DNA of 64,000 bases, from contig NW_027590170.1 of assembly GCF_964213995.1 (NCBI RefSeq), positions 806,001-870,000 of the forward strand, written 5' to 3'. The notes beneath the pieces were generated by a model. That model searched no databases. It was not told the DNA's origin and worked only from the letters and a program-made list of their open reading frames with translations. The translations under genes and the position numbers were made by a program. Position 1 is the first letter of the stretch. Every line of letters starts with the position of its first letter. Source of the DNA: Mustelus asterias. Taxonomy: Eukaryota. Positions 36,830 to 49,396 of this stretch are shown piece after piece.

Positions 36830-38337
36830 AGCGTTTACTTGCTCTCCTACAGGTTGCTGCCAAAATTGTCCCGTACGGGCACTGGCCTTGGCTAATGCAT
36901 CGGCCTTACAGTTGCCAGGTGGGGAGGTCCTGTGGTGGCTTCAAACCTTAATAATTCCATATGTTCGCCCTTCGGTGGCCTACAGAACATATTTCAATAG
37001 GCAGGATAACGATAGGCCCTTCTGTCCGCAGAGACGAAGACTCTGGCTTCCCATAACGGTAAGAACTCAGTCAGGCTGTTGCACGCTTACATGCTATCGG
37101 AGTGTATGTTGGCTTCCCCTTATTTTGAGGCTATGCCCCCTAGTTCTAGTTTCACTCGCCGGTGGAAACAACTTCCCTGCTTCTCTCTTATCGATTCCCT
37201 TCATAATCTTATATGTTTCTCTAAGATCTCCCCTCATTCTTCTGAATTCCAATGAGTATAACCCCAGTCCACTCAGTCTCTCCTCAGAAGCCAACCCTGT
37301 CAACGCCGGAATCAACCTAGTGAATCTCCTCTGCACCTTCTCCAGATCCAGTATATCCTTTCTCAAATAAGAGACCAAAACTGTACACAGTACTCCAGTT
37401 GTGGCCTCAGCAGCACTTTATACAGTTGCAACATAATCTCGGTGTTTTTAAACTCTATCCCTCGAGCAATGAAGAACAAAATTCCATTTGCCTTCTTAAT
37501 TACGTGTTGCACCTGCAAACCATCTCCTTGAGATTCCTGTACAAGGACACCCAGGTCCCTCTGCACAGAAGCATGCTGCATTTTTTTACCATTTAAATAA
37601 TAGTCCATTTTGCTGTTATTCCTACCAAAATGGATGACCTCACGTTTACCAACATTGTACTCCATCTGCCAGACCCTCGCCCACTCACTTGGATTACCTA
37701 TATCCCTTTGCAAACTTTCAGCGTCCTCTGCACACTTTGCTCTTCCACCCATCTGAGTGTCATCTGCAATTACACTTGTTCCCCAACTCCAAATCATCCA
37801 TGTAAATGGTAAACAATTGCGGTCCCAACGCTGATCCCTGAGGCACACCACCTGTCCCTGATCGCCAACCAGAAAAACACCCATTTACCCCCACTCTTTG
37901 CTTTCTGTTAGTTACCCATTCGTGGCTGTCCCTTTCATGTTCCACATAAATGCCACATCCTGTGATTCTGGTCCCATCCACTATTTTGGATAACCGCCGA
38001 CATAAATTCTCATGGCTGGGTCTGTCCATTGGGCGGCTGTCTGTTTTGTCCCTGACCATGTATCCTGTTGTTTCGGGATAAACGGACCTGTGGGGTCCTT
38101 TGCGGCTAGAAGTTATAACCTATAGCCTATAACCTGACACTCATGCGGATTTCCCCCATAATTTAAATTATCTGCCAGGAACGTGGGCACTTTCTGCCAA
38201 AAGCATCGATTAGCTGGATCAAATGAAAAATTACATTTATTCATGTAATCGGAACCAAGAATGTGTTCACCGTTTGGGGGAAGGTCAATTAACACCACCG
38301 GATGGTCACACACCATGCTGCCTCGGCGGACCTGCAC
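36830..38337 (-). pseudogene. ERV protease C-terminus, tether and RNase H (split by a CR1 insertion)
   Basis: HILGSDYM (retropepsin); FLADNL (tether); MRIYV(D)G..ITGCGIYV (RH N-terminus, ~37940-38013); IIKV*SHH..PGNCKADALAK (RH C-terminus, ~36885-36960). Confidence 0.75.
37110..37920 (-). mobile_element. CR1 RT fragment inserted in the ERV RNase H
   Basis: [39 protein letters not shown]. Confidence 0.9.
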
Positions 38338-38578
38338 CTACAAACCCATTAAATTCTGTTGTGGTCTGAATGAGTTGCTGATATGTCCACGGTGTCAAAA
38401 CAGCAACATCTATTTCCTCTCATTGCGTCATAAAAATACAAGATCTCTGATTTTGCTGTAAGATTTTGAGGCCGAGGTCAGCGCAAAGATAACATTAATA
38501 TTGAGTTTCAGATAATGTTCAACAACAAATTCCAATCATGTAAACTTCCCTCACCCGTAATGAACAAATTTTAATAAT

Positions 38579-38650
38579 ATTTCGGCATGGTTTTGAACTA
38601 CGAACCTTTCGTGTGTGAGGCGAATGCAACCACCATGACACTACAGAAAC
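38579..38650 (-). pseudogene. tRNA-Val(CAC) pseudogene in an outlying array unit
   Basis: Diverged Val sequence inside a copy of the array repeat (38331-38700). Confidence 0.7.
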
Positions 38651-38739
38651 TGCTGGCGTCCGTTGGACACAATAGGACTCTCTTGAAATGTTGCAACACT
38701 CATTGGGACTGCTGTAGACATATTGATCCAAGAATGAAA

Positions 38740-40130
38740 TTGATTTGATTTGATTTATTATTGTCACATGTATTAACATACAGTGAAAAGTATTGTTTCT
38801 TGCGCGCTATACAGACAAAACATACCGTTCATAGAGAAGGAAATGAGAGTCTGCAGAATGCAGTGTTACGGTCATAGCTAGGGTGCAGAGAAAGATCAGC
38901 TTAATGCAAGGTAATTCCATTCAAAAGTCTGACAGCAGCAAGGAAGAAGCTATTCTTGAGTCAGTTGGGACATGACCTCAGACTTTTGTATCATTTTCCA
39001 GAAGGAAGAAGGTGAAAGAGAGAATGTCCGGGGACGTGGTGTCCTTAATTATGCTGGCCGCTTTGCCGAGGCAGCAGGAAGTGTAGCCAGCGTCAATGGA
39101 TGGGAGGCTGGTTTGTAGTTCGTTGCAGTCTTGGGCAGAGCAGGAGCCATGCCAAGCTGTGACACAACCAGAAAGAATGCTGTCTATGCGACATCTGTAA
39201 AAGTTGGTGAGAGTCGGAGCTGACGTGCCAAATGTCCTTAGTCTTCTGAGGAAATAGAGGTGTTGGTGGGCATGGCGGGGGGGGGGGGGCGGAGGGGGGG
39301 GGGGACCAGGACAGGTAGTTGGTGGTCTGGACACCTAAAAACTTGAAGCTCTCGACCCTTTCTACTTCGTCCCCGTTGATGTAGACAGGGGCATGTTCTC
39401 CTTTACACTTCCTGAATTCGATGACAATCTACTTCGTTTTGTTGACATTGAGAGAGAGATTATTGTTACTGCACCTGTTCACCGGATTCTCCACCTCATT
39501 CTTGTACTCTGTCTCATCATTATTTGAGATCCGACCCACTATAGTGGTGTCGTCAGCAAACTTGAAAATCGAATTTGGTCACACTGTCACAGGTAGATAA
39601 GGAGTATAGTAGGGAGCTGAGAAAACAGCCTTGTGGGGTACTGGTGTTGAGGATGATTGTGGCGGAGGTGTTGTTGTCGATCCTTGCACATTGTGGCCTG
39701 TGAGTTAGGAAGTTCAGGATCCAGTCACAGAGGAAGTGCCGAGGCCCAGGCCACGGAGTTTGGAGATGAGTTTCGTGGGAATAATAGTGTTGAAGGCTGA
39801 GCTTTAGTCAATAAATAGGAGTGTGTCCTTGTTATCTAGGTGATCCAGGGTTGAGTGCAAGGCCAGGGAAATGCCGTCAGCTGTGGACCTGTTGCAGTGG
39901 TACGCAACTTTAGTGGATCCAGGTAGTACGGGAGGCTGGAATTGACTCGTGCCATGACAAACCTTTCAAAGCACTTCATAATGATGGATGTCAGAGACAC
40001 CGGCCGATAGTTATTAAGGCATGCTGCTTGATTTTTCTTAGGTAGCGGGATGATGGTCGTCTTCTTGAAGCAGATCGTGACCTCAGATTGTTGTAATGAT
40101 TGAAAATGGTTGACAATGGCAAAGAACAAT
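38740..40130 (-). mobile_element. Rex1/Babar-type LINE, 5' truncated, degraded
   Basis: FKKTTIIPLPKK..LNNYRPVSLTSIIMKCFER; LYFLRRLRTFG..NFYRC..SILSGCVTAW; (TCAAA)n tail. Confidence 0.85.
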
Positions 40131-40709
40131 AAGACGCCCTTCGACCCACCTTGCCTATGCCAGTTATTTTATGACGAGCTACCAAACTGACGTGTCGGTG
40201 CGGGCTTGGTGGGCCGAAGGGCCTGTTCCTGTGCTGTACTGTTCTTTGCTCTCATTTCAATTTCCTCCTCTCATTCCATGAAGCTGATTTTTCTCCCTTT
40301 CAAGTCATTGTCCAATCCTCATTTGAAAAAGGAGTTTCTGTGGAATCCATGTACAGTTTGCTTTAAGTAACAACGTTTCACTGAGCCAATGCATGAAGTA
40401 TTGGATATAGCTTCCCAGTATAGTTTTCAATGTAAACATATGTTTATTTATGCAATTGATTTCAAATCGAATTTACAAAACGGGTTTAATCGGATAAAGC
40501 ATCTCCTCATTATTTCTGAATTATATATAATATTAACTCCACAACTTTCCACAGAGTATGGAATATAACAGAGGAGAATTAATCACCTGTACCTGAAGCA
40601 GTCTCCTTGTGTTGTCCTCCTGTGTCCCGAACATCCGACCTGGCAACCTCGAGACTGGGAGGGGTATCTGTCTTACCTACAGCGACCTCACACGGGGGGG
40701 GGGGGGGGG

Positions 40710-40997
40710 GGGGCACGATGGCACAGTAGCACACTGCTGCCTCACAGCGCCAGGGATTCGGGTTCGATTCCTGTCTTGGGTCTGAGTGGAGTTTGCACGT
40801 TCTTCCTGTGTCTGTGTGGATTTGATCCAGTTTCCTCCCATAGTCTGAAAGACGTGCTGGTTAGGTGCATTGCCATGGTAAATTTCTCCCTTAGTGTACC
40901 CGAACAGGCGGCGGAGTATGGCGACGAGGGGATTTTCACAGTAACTTTATTGCAGTATATATAATCCTACTTGTGACATTAATAAATAAACTTTAAA
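40710..40997 (+). mobile_element. V-SINE variant
   Basis: tRNA head + V-domain, different tail ending AATAAATAAACTTT. Confidence 0.75.
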
Positions 40998-41627
40998 CAT
41001 GATATGGACACATCCAGAATGTGTTTGGCTGTAAACATAAATACATCCATTATTGCTTATTCTCCAAAAGTGTCCACTGTTGAGTCATCAATTAATGATC
41101 ACAATTGATGAGAAATAGATTTCTGGCTGTTCCTGTTGTTAAAATGGACAGTTCCATCGCAATGAATATCTAACACGATATTGCCGCACTGACATGACCC
41201 TGGGGAATTCCAGTTCAGAAAGTTACTCTGGAACTAGTACGCTTTTGAGATTGTCAATGAGTGCACTTCTCTTGAGTGTGTCAGTGGCTGTGTTAATCTG
41301 TTTGTTTATCTTCCTCAGTGATTGTCTGTGTGTCGATGTTTGAGTCGATCAGTTTGAGAATCGATCACTGTGTTTACTTGTCCCTGTGTCTATGCTTTTG
41401 TTGATTCTGTGCGGTATACGAGGCTTCTAGTGAACACGGAGTTGGAGTTATTCATGTATTTTCATAGTTAGCAACTCAGACTAATGTGTCAGAAATCTAC
41501 AGAATAATTCTGGATTTATAACGAGGGACGTTAGAATTGATGACAGTGTCTGGGAATGTATCTATATGGTTATATATCCTTGCACGTGTTGATCTTTGCA
41601 CGTGGCCGTGTGTGTATCTGCTCTTCC

Positions 41628-41850
41628 CGTGTCTGTGTGGGTTTCCTCGGGTCCTCCGGTTTCCTCCCACGGTCCAAAGATGTGCAGGTTAGTTTGATTG
41701 GCTCTGCTAAATTGACCCTAGTGTCAGGGGAATTAGCGGAGTAAATGTATGAGGTTACGGGAATAGGGCCTGGGAGGCTTGCGATCGGTACAGATCGGTG
41801 GGCCGAATGGCATTTTTCTGTACTGTACAAATTCTATGATTCTATGATTC
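41628..41850 (+). mobile_element. V-SINE, 5' truncated
   Basis: V-domain + CR1-like (TTCTATGA) tail. Confidence 0.75.
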
Positions 41851-42166
41851 CATTACCTGGATATGTGTCAGTCTTTGCAGGTGGTCGTGCGTGTATCTGT
41901 TTCCAATGTGCGGCATTGCTGTCCACGGGAGGGCGCTCTCTGATCACTTCTGAAAAATCACGATTCCCTTCTCGAGGAAGCGACTGTTTGAAGATGTAAA
42001 AATGGGCGGAGAGACGGAGTCACTTTCGACCTCATAACAGTCCACTGACTGTTTCAACTTCTCCATTTCCAGATATTATGCAGACAGTGATCACTGCCTC
42101 TGTTTCTGGTGTTCAGACTGGAACTATGGGGGTGAAGCTCTGTCTGTCTCTGGTTATTGTCCTGAT

Positions 42167-42330
42167 AATAAGTTTAACAACACCAGGTTAAAGTCCAACA
42201 GGTTTATTTGGTAGCAAAAGCCACACCTTTTCTCAGCCACAAAAGCTACCAAATAAACCTGTTGGACTTTAACCTGGTGTTGTTAAACTTCTTACTGTGT
42301 TTACCCCAGTCCAACGCCGGCATCTCCACA
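42167..42330. mobile_element. miniature Penelope-derived palindromic element
   Basis: Perfect 46-bp inverted arms at 42170-42215 and 42245-42290; TSD TATTGTCCTGAT at 42155-42166 and 42331-42342. Confidence 0.85.
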
Positions 42331-42494
42331 TATTGTCCTGATCACAGGGCGGCCATTTTGAACCTTTGTCTGAAATCCGCCAATCACCATATTCATTGCC
42401 CATTTCCATCTCTGGGCCATTATTCCGCTGTTGTTGCTCCTTCTAACACGCTGCGTGTCTGTTGTCTATTTTCAGAGATGAGTAACGGTGATCC

Positions 42495-42860
42495 CAGTGC
42501 CGGATTTAGGCATAAGCTAAATAAGCTACAGCTTAGGGCCTCACAATCCGCAGGGGCCTCACAAAATTTCAGAAGGTTTACAATGAAGAGAACATTTAAG
42601 AGCAGATACCAGAAAAGAAAAAGAAAGCACTCGCTTGAAGAGCAACTCAAAAAATTACCAAACGTTGACAGTTACTTTACTCCAGAAACAGATAAGGATC
42701 GACAAACCCAAGGTGATCACCAAAGTCCAAAACAACCACACCCTGGTGCATCTGCTACTGAGACAACAGAGTCTGGAATCTCAGCTGAGGAAAACACTGG
42801 AAGTGATGCAAATGTGAACGTTGCAGATACGACATCCACAGTTGAAACAACAAAATTCAC
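42495..42860 (+). mobile_element. hAT-type DNA transposon 5' fragment
   Basis: TIR-like CAGTGCCGGATTTAGGC; ORF start MKRTFKSRYQKRKRK..LPNVDSYF resembles hAT transposase N-termini. Confidence 0.6.
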
Positions 42861-43326
42861 GAAATTCAATGTTTACAGGAAAGTCCAGTAGATCCGCACT
42901 GAGTCTCGATTCCCTCATCTGTCTGAGTGGCTTTTCCTGTTTCTTAGTGATGAAAAACGATTTTTAAAAAGAATCTTCTGTGAAATGTGCGCCATTTCCT
43001 CTAGTTGACTTAGAGTATCACTTGTATCTGTCTTTTTGAGCGCACACTACTATCAGATATTTCAGATGGTGATTAAACATATTAGTCTGCACCTATAAAC
43101 CCATTAAATTCTGTTGTAGACTGAACGAGATGCGAAGATGTCCTCGGTGACATAATCGAAATTTCCTGTCAGTGCGTCATAAAAAGCGCTTCTTATTACA
43201 CAGAAGCATTTGAGGGTGATGTCAGAGAAATGAAAACATGCCTTTAACATTGAAGTTCCGATAATGTTGAGCATTCAACCGAGAACAAGCAATTTTCCCT
43301 TACCCGACATGTGAAAGCTTAACGAA

Positions 43327-43400
43327 TGTTTCTGCCCCGTTTCGAACAAGGAAACGTTTTGCAGGTGAAGCTAACGTGATAACCACTACACTATAGAAAC
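43327..43400 (-). pseudogene. tRNA-Val pseudogene
   Basis: Diverged anticodon and T arms. Confidence 0.75.
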
Positions 43401-44146
43401 AGCGCCGAGCACGTCAGAGCAAATCTGCCTGTCCGCAATGTTCAACTACGCTGTGATGCTGCAGGTTCCGATGGTGAGACTGAGAGCCCATGTCACTGAA
43501 TTCAGGAAGATAACCGTTACTTTCAATCTGATTGCACGACTTATCCCGAACATCAAAATTTAAAAGCGTTCGGCTGGCAAATATCTAAGGGAGCAATGGT
43601 TTCTGCCCATTCGTTAATGCATCATTTTCAGCTTTCATCGAATAATCTCAATCAATTGCCCTCAGTAATAAAAGCAAATTACTGCGGATGAGAAAAGAGA
43701 AAATGCTGCAAAATCTCACAATGTCTGCCAGCACCTGTAAGGAGTGAAAAGGGCGGACGTTTCGAGTCCAGATGAAACTTTATCAAAGCTCATTGTACAA
43801 TTGTACTCAGAATCTGTTTCAATATTTAATATCAATGCATTATTTAACACATATGTCTTCATTTTGAATTGAATATCTCTGAAATTGAACATCACTGAAT
43901 TGCAAACAAAACTGCCCAACAGTACGAAGCGTATCCTCGGATAAAACTGACCGCAAATTTGAGATTGACTATCGTCAGCTTTTAAACAAAGTCAACTCCA
44001 TTTTAATGGAGAAAAATCAAGAGTTATCTGTTCGTGACTCTTGAGCCTTTTTTATAATGGGCGTGAAACGTTCATGCGCATAAATGATAAACACCAATCT
44101 GGAATCCAGCAATTTTCCCTTGCACGACATGAGGAAGTTTAATGAA

Positions 44147-44219
44147 TGTTCCGGCCTGGTTTCGAACCGGGGACCTTTCGCGTGTTCGGCGAACGTGATA
44201 ACCACCACACTACAGAAGG
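44147..44219 (-). pseudogene. tRNA-Val(AAC) pseudogene
   Basis: Acceptor stem broken, U33>G. Confidence 0.8.
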
Positions 44220-45333
44220 AGATTGAACACAGCTACGCTGTGTTGCTGCAGGTTCCGATGGTGAGACTGAGAGACCATGTCACTGAATTCAGGAAGATAA
44301 CCGTTACTTTCAATCTGATTGTACGACTTATCCCGAACATCAAAATTTAAAGTTCGTCTGGCAAATATCTAAGGGAGCAATAATTTCAGCCCATTCATTA
44401 GTGCATCATTTTCATCTTTCTTCGAACAATCTCAGTCAATTGTACTCAGTAATAAAAGCAAATTACTGCGGATGAGAAAAGAGAACATGCTGCAAAATCG
44501 CCCAATGTCTGACAGCACCTGTAAGGAGTGAAAAGGGCGGACGTTTCGAGTCCAGGTGACACTTTATCAAAGCTCATTGTACAATTGTACTCAGTATTTG
44601 TTTCACTATTTAGTATCAATGCATTATTTAACACATATGTCTTGATTATAAATTGAATATCTCTGAAATTGAACATCACTGAATTGCAAACATAACTGCC
44701 CAACAGAACGAAGCGAATCACCGGGTAATACAGATCGCAAATTTGAGATTGACTATCGTCAACTTTTAAACAAAGTCAACTCCATTTAAATGGAGAAAAA
44801 TCAAAAATTATCTGTTCGTGACACTTGAGCCTTTTTTTATTATGGGCGTGAAACATTCATGCGCATAACTTCCGGACCTTACCCGGAAAGTCCTGTAGAT
44901 CCGCACTGAGTCTCGATTCCCTCATCTGTCTGAGTGGCTTTTCCTGTTTCTCAGTGATGAAAAAGGATTTAAAAATAGATGTTCTGTGAAATGTGCGCCA
45001 TTTCCCCTAGTTCACTTGCAGTATCACTTGTGTCTGTCTTTTTGAGCACATACTACTATCAGATATTTCAGATGGTGATTAATCATATTAGTCTGCACCT
45101 ATAAACCCATAAAATTCTGTTGTAGACTGAACGAGATGCGAACAAGTGCTCGGTGTCAAAATCGAAATTTCCTGTCAGTGCGTCAAAACAAACGTTTCTT
45201 CTTCCACCGAAAGCATTTGAGGGTGATGTCAGAGCAATGATAACATGCCGTTCACATCGAGGCTCGGATAATGATGAGCACCAAACTAGAATCAAGCAAT
45301 TTCCCCTTGCACGACACGAGGAAGCTGAATGAA

Positions 45334-45406
45334 TGTTTCTGCTTGGTTTCGAACCGGGGACCTTTCGCGTGTTAGGTGAACATGATAGCCACTACACTAC
45401 AGAAAC
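45334..45406 (-). tRNA. tRNA-Val(AAC), likely pseudogene
   Basis: 73 nt; mismatches in T and anticodon stems. Confidence 0.8.
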
Positions 45407-46454
45407 AGCTTAAACACACCTGCAGCAAATCTGCCTGTCTGCAATGTTCAACTACGCTGTGTTGCTGCAGGTTCCAATGGTGAGACTGAGAGCCCATGTC
45501 ACTGAATTCAGGAAGATAACCGTTACTTTCAATCTGATTGTACGACTTATCCCGAACATCATAATTTAAAATCGTTCGTCTGGCAAATATCTAAGGGAGC
45601 AATGGTTTCTGCCCATTTGTTAATGCATCATTTTCAGCTTTCTTCGAATCATCTCAATCAATTGTACTCAGTAATACAAGCAAATTACTGCGGATGAGAA
45701 AAGAGAAAATGCTGCAAAATCTCACAATGTCTGACAGCATCTGTAAGGAGTGAAAAGGGCGGACGTTTCGAGTCCAGATGACACTTTATCAAAGCTCATT
45801 GTACAATTGTACTCAGTATTTGTTTCACTATTTAGTATCAATGCATTATTTAACACATATGTCTTCATTATGAATTGAATATCTCTGAAATTGAACATCA
45901 CTGAATTGCAAACATAACTGACCAACAGTAGGAAGCGAATCACCGGGTAATACAGACCGCAATTTTGAGATTGACTATCATCAGCTTTTAAACAAAGTCA
46001 ACTCCATTTAAATGGAGAAAAATCAAGAATTATCTGTTCGTAACACTTGAGCTTGTTTTATTATGGGCGTGAAACATTCATGCGCATAACTTCCGGACCT
46101 TAACCGGAAAGTCCTGTAGATCCGCACTGAATCTCGCTTCCCTCATCTGTCTGAATGGCTTTTCCTGTTTCTCAGTGATGCAAAACGATTTAAAAATAGA
46201 TCTTGTGTGAAATGTGCGCCATTTCCTCTAGTTCACTTGCAGTATGACTTGTATCTGTCTTTTTGAGCACACACTACTGTCAGATATTTCAGATGGTGAT
46301 TAACCATATTAGTCTGCACCTATAAACCCATTAAATTCTGCTGTAGACTGAACGAGATGCGAACATGTGCTCGGTGTCAAAATCGAAATTTCCTGTCAGT
46401 GCGTCAAAAAAAAAGCGTTTTTTATTTCACAGAAATCATTTGAGGGTGATGCCA

Positions 46455-46620
46455 GCATGTCTTTCAGACTGTGGGAGGAAACCGGAGCACCCGGAGGAAA
46501 CCCACACAGACACGGGGAGAAGATGCAGACTCCGCACAGACAGTGATCCAAACCGGGAATTGGATCTAGGACCCTGGCGCTTCGAGGCAGCACTCTTAAC
46601 TGCTGTGCCACTGTGCTGCC
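46455..46620 (-). mobile_element. V-SINE 5' half inserted in an array unit
   Basis: Head + V-domain. Confidence 0.75.
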
Positions 46621-46623
46621 CTA

Positions 46624-46688
46624 TGTTTCTGCCAGGTTTCGAACCGGAACTTTCCGCGTGTTAGGTGAACGTGATAACCACTGCACTG
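46624..46688 (-). pseudogene. tRNA-Val(AAC) 5'-truncated pseudogene
   Basis: Lacks the 5' acceptor strand. Confidence 0.7.
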
Positions 46689-47095
46689 TTAATGATAACA
46701 TGCCTTTCACATCGAGGCTCGGATAATGATGAGCAACAAACTGAAAACAAGCAATTTTCCCTCCCACATGAGAAAGCTTGAGTCTCACTTGTATCTGTCT
46801 TTTTGAGCACACACTGCTGTCAGATATTTCAGATGCTGATTAACCATATTAGTCTGCACCTATAAACCCATTAAATTCTGTTGGAGACTGAACGAGATGC
46901 GAATAAGTGCTCGGTGTCAAAATCGAAATTTCCTGTAAGTGCGTCAAAACAAAAAGTTTCTTATTTCACAGAAAGCATTTGAGGGTGATGTCAGAGCAAT
47001 GAGAAAATGTTTTTAACATCGAGACTCGGACAATGATGAGTATCAAACTGGAATCGAGCAATTTTCCCTTACACAACATGAGGAAGCTTAATGAA

Positions 47096-47168
47096 TGTTT
47101 CTGCCTGGTTTCGAACCGGGGACTTTTCGCGTGTTAAGCGAATGTGATAACCACTACACTACAGAAAC
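47096..47168 (-). tRNA. tRNA-Val(AAC), most intact copy
   Basis: GTTTCTGTAGTGTAGTGGTTATCAC..TT-AAC-AC..GGTTCGAAACC; one T-stem mismatch. Confidence 0.82.
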
Positions 47169-48323
47169 AGCTTGAATAGTATTGGAGCTAATCTGCCTGG
47201 CTGCAATGTTCAACTCCGCTGTGATGCTGCAGGTTCCGGTGGTGAGACGGAGAGCCCATGTGACTGAATTCAGGAAGATAACCGTCACTTTCAATCTGAT
47301 TGTACGACTTATTCCGTACATCAAAATTCAAAATCGTTCTTCTGGCAAATATCTAAGGGGGCAATGATTTCTGCCCATTCGTTAATGCATCATTTTCCTC
47401 TTTCTTCGAATAATCTCAATCAATTGTACTCAGTAATGAAAACAAATTACTGCGGATGAGAAAAGAGAAAATGCTGCAAAATCTCACAATGTCTGGCAGC
47501 ACCTGTAAGGAGTGAAAAGGGCGGACGTTTCGAGACCAGATGACACTTTATCAAAGCTCATTGTACAATCGTACTCATAGTTGTATTTGTTTCAATATTT
47601 AGTATCAATGCATTATTTAACACATATGTCTTCATTATGAATTGAATATCTCTGAAATTGAACATCACTGAATTGCAAACATAAATGACCAACAGAACAA
47701 AGCGAATCACCGGGCAATACAGATCGCAAATTTGAGATTGACTATCTTCAGCTTGTAAACAAAGTCAACTCCATTTAAATGGAGGAGAATCAAGCATTAT
47801 CTGCTCGTGACAGTTGAGCCTTTTTTATTATGGGCGTGAAACATTCATGCGCATAACTTCCAGACCTTTACCGGTAAGTCCAGTCGATCCGCACTGAGCC
47901 TCGATTCCCTCATCTGTCTGAGTGGCTTTTCCTGTTTCTCAGTGATGAAAAACGATTTAAAAATAGATCTTCTGTGAAATGTGCGCCATTTCCTCTCGTT
48001 CACTTACAGTATCACTTGTATCTGTCTCTTTGAGCATACACTACTGTCAGATATTTCAGATGGCGATTAACCATATTAGTCTGCACCTGTAAACCCATTA
48101 AATTATGTTGTAGACTGAACGAGAAGCGAATAAGTGCTCGGTGTCAAAATCGACATTTCCTGTCAGTGCGTCAAATAAAAAAGCGTTTCTTATTTCACAG
48201 AAGCATTTGAGGGTGATGTCAGAGCAATGATAACATGCCTTTGACATCGAAATTCGGATAATGTTGAGCAACAAACTGTAATCAAGCAATTTACCCTTAC
48301 CCGACATGAGAAAGCTTAGTGAA

Positions 48324-48396
48324 TATTTCTGCCCGGTTTCCGACAGGGGACTTTGCGCGTGTTGGGCGAACGTGATAACCACGACACTACAGAAAC
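48324..48396 (-). pseudogene. tRNA-Val(AAC) pseudogene
   Basis: B box mutated. Confidence 0.75.
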
Positions 48397-49396
48397 AGCT
48401 CGAAGTATGCTGGAGCAAATCTGCCTGTCTGCGCCACGCCGCCAATTGGCCTGACTACAATGTTGAAGTAAATTGTGTTGCTGCAGGTTCTCATGGTCAC
48501 ATTGAGGGTCCATGTCACTTAATGGAAGAACAAATCCGTTACTTTCAACCTGATATCTCAACTTATCTTGAACTTCAAAATTAAAAAGCGTTCGTCTGGC
48601 AAATGTCTCAGGCGGCAATGACTTCTGTTCAATCATTCATACATCATTCTCATCTTCCGTCAAATAATTTCAAACAGTTATATCAAATATTTGTAGTTAT
48701 TCAACATTTAATTTCAATACGTTTATTTAAAACAGATGTCCTCATTCTGAATTGAATTTCTCTGAAATATACAACATTGTCTTGCAAACATGTCTGACCA
48801 ACGAAAGAAATAGAGTCACTGCGTAATGCCCATGCCATGATATTTATTTGAGATTGACCACATTCATCCTTTAAAGAAAATAAAATGTACTTGAATCCTC
48901 TTTCGTCTGTCTGTGAAGTATTCTGGCGCCTAAATCTCGTCCATCTATCGGAAGTCCAGGAGGTCCGCACTGAATCTCGATCTCCACATTTGTCTGAGTC
49001 GTTTTAACTATTTCTTTACTGTGAAGCGCAATTTTACAAAGGTGCTTCTGTGAAATGCGCCTATTTCCTCCAGTTCAGTTTGACTTTCAATTGTGTCTGT
49101 CTTTATGAGCACACAATACTATTCGATATATTTCAGATGGTGATTAACTGCGTCAGTCTGCACCTCTAAGCCCATTAAATTAATTTGTGGACTGCACGAG
49201 TTGCGAATATGTGTACAAACGATGGAGTTCTTTATTCCCTGCGTCCTCAAAGACAGCATTTCTAACTTTCCGAAATGCTTTTGAGGCCGAGATCAAAGTC
49301 AATATAACATGACCGTGATATCGGATTCGCATGAGGTTGAGCTATGAACTTACATCATGCAGACTTCGCTCTTGCTTAATGACAACGATCCAACAG

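Larger units (their letters stand above)
32015..38337 (-). mobile_element. endogenous retrovirus remnant, lokiretrovirus-like (PR fragment-tether-RH-IN-accessory-env-PPT-partial 3' LTR)
   Basis: Domain order on the minus strand; gag, 5' LTR and RT missing; PPT AAAGAGGGGA (32109-32118) followed by TG LTR start at 32107. Confidence 0.85.

Noticed and set aside
42208-42891. 227-aa ORF as a host gene
   Set aside because: Chimeric read-through across a Penelope palindrome, a hAT fragment and an array unit
43716-48970. Recurrent short ORFs (CNSVMFNFRDIQF..) as a tandem gene family
   Set aside because: By-products of the tRNA-Val repeat unit; starts and stops are not conserved
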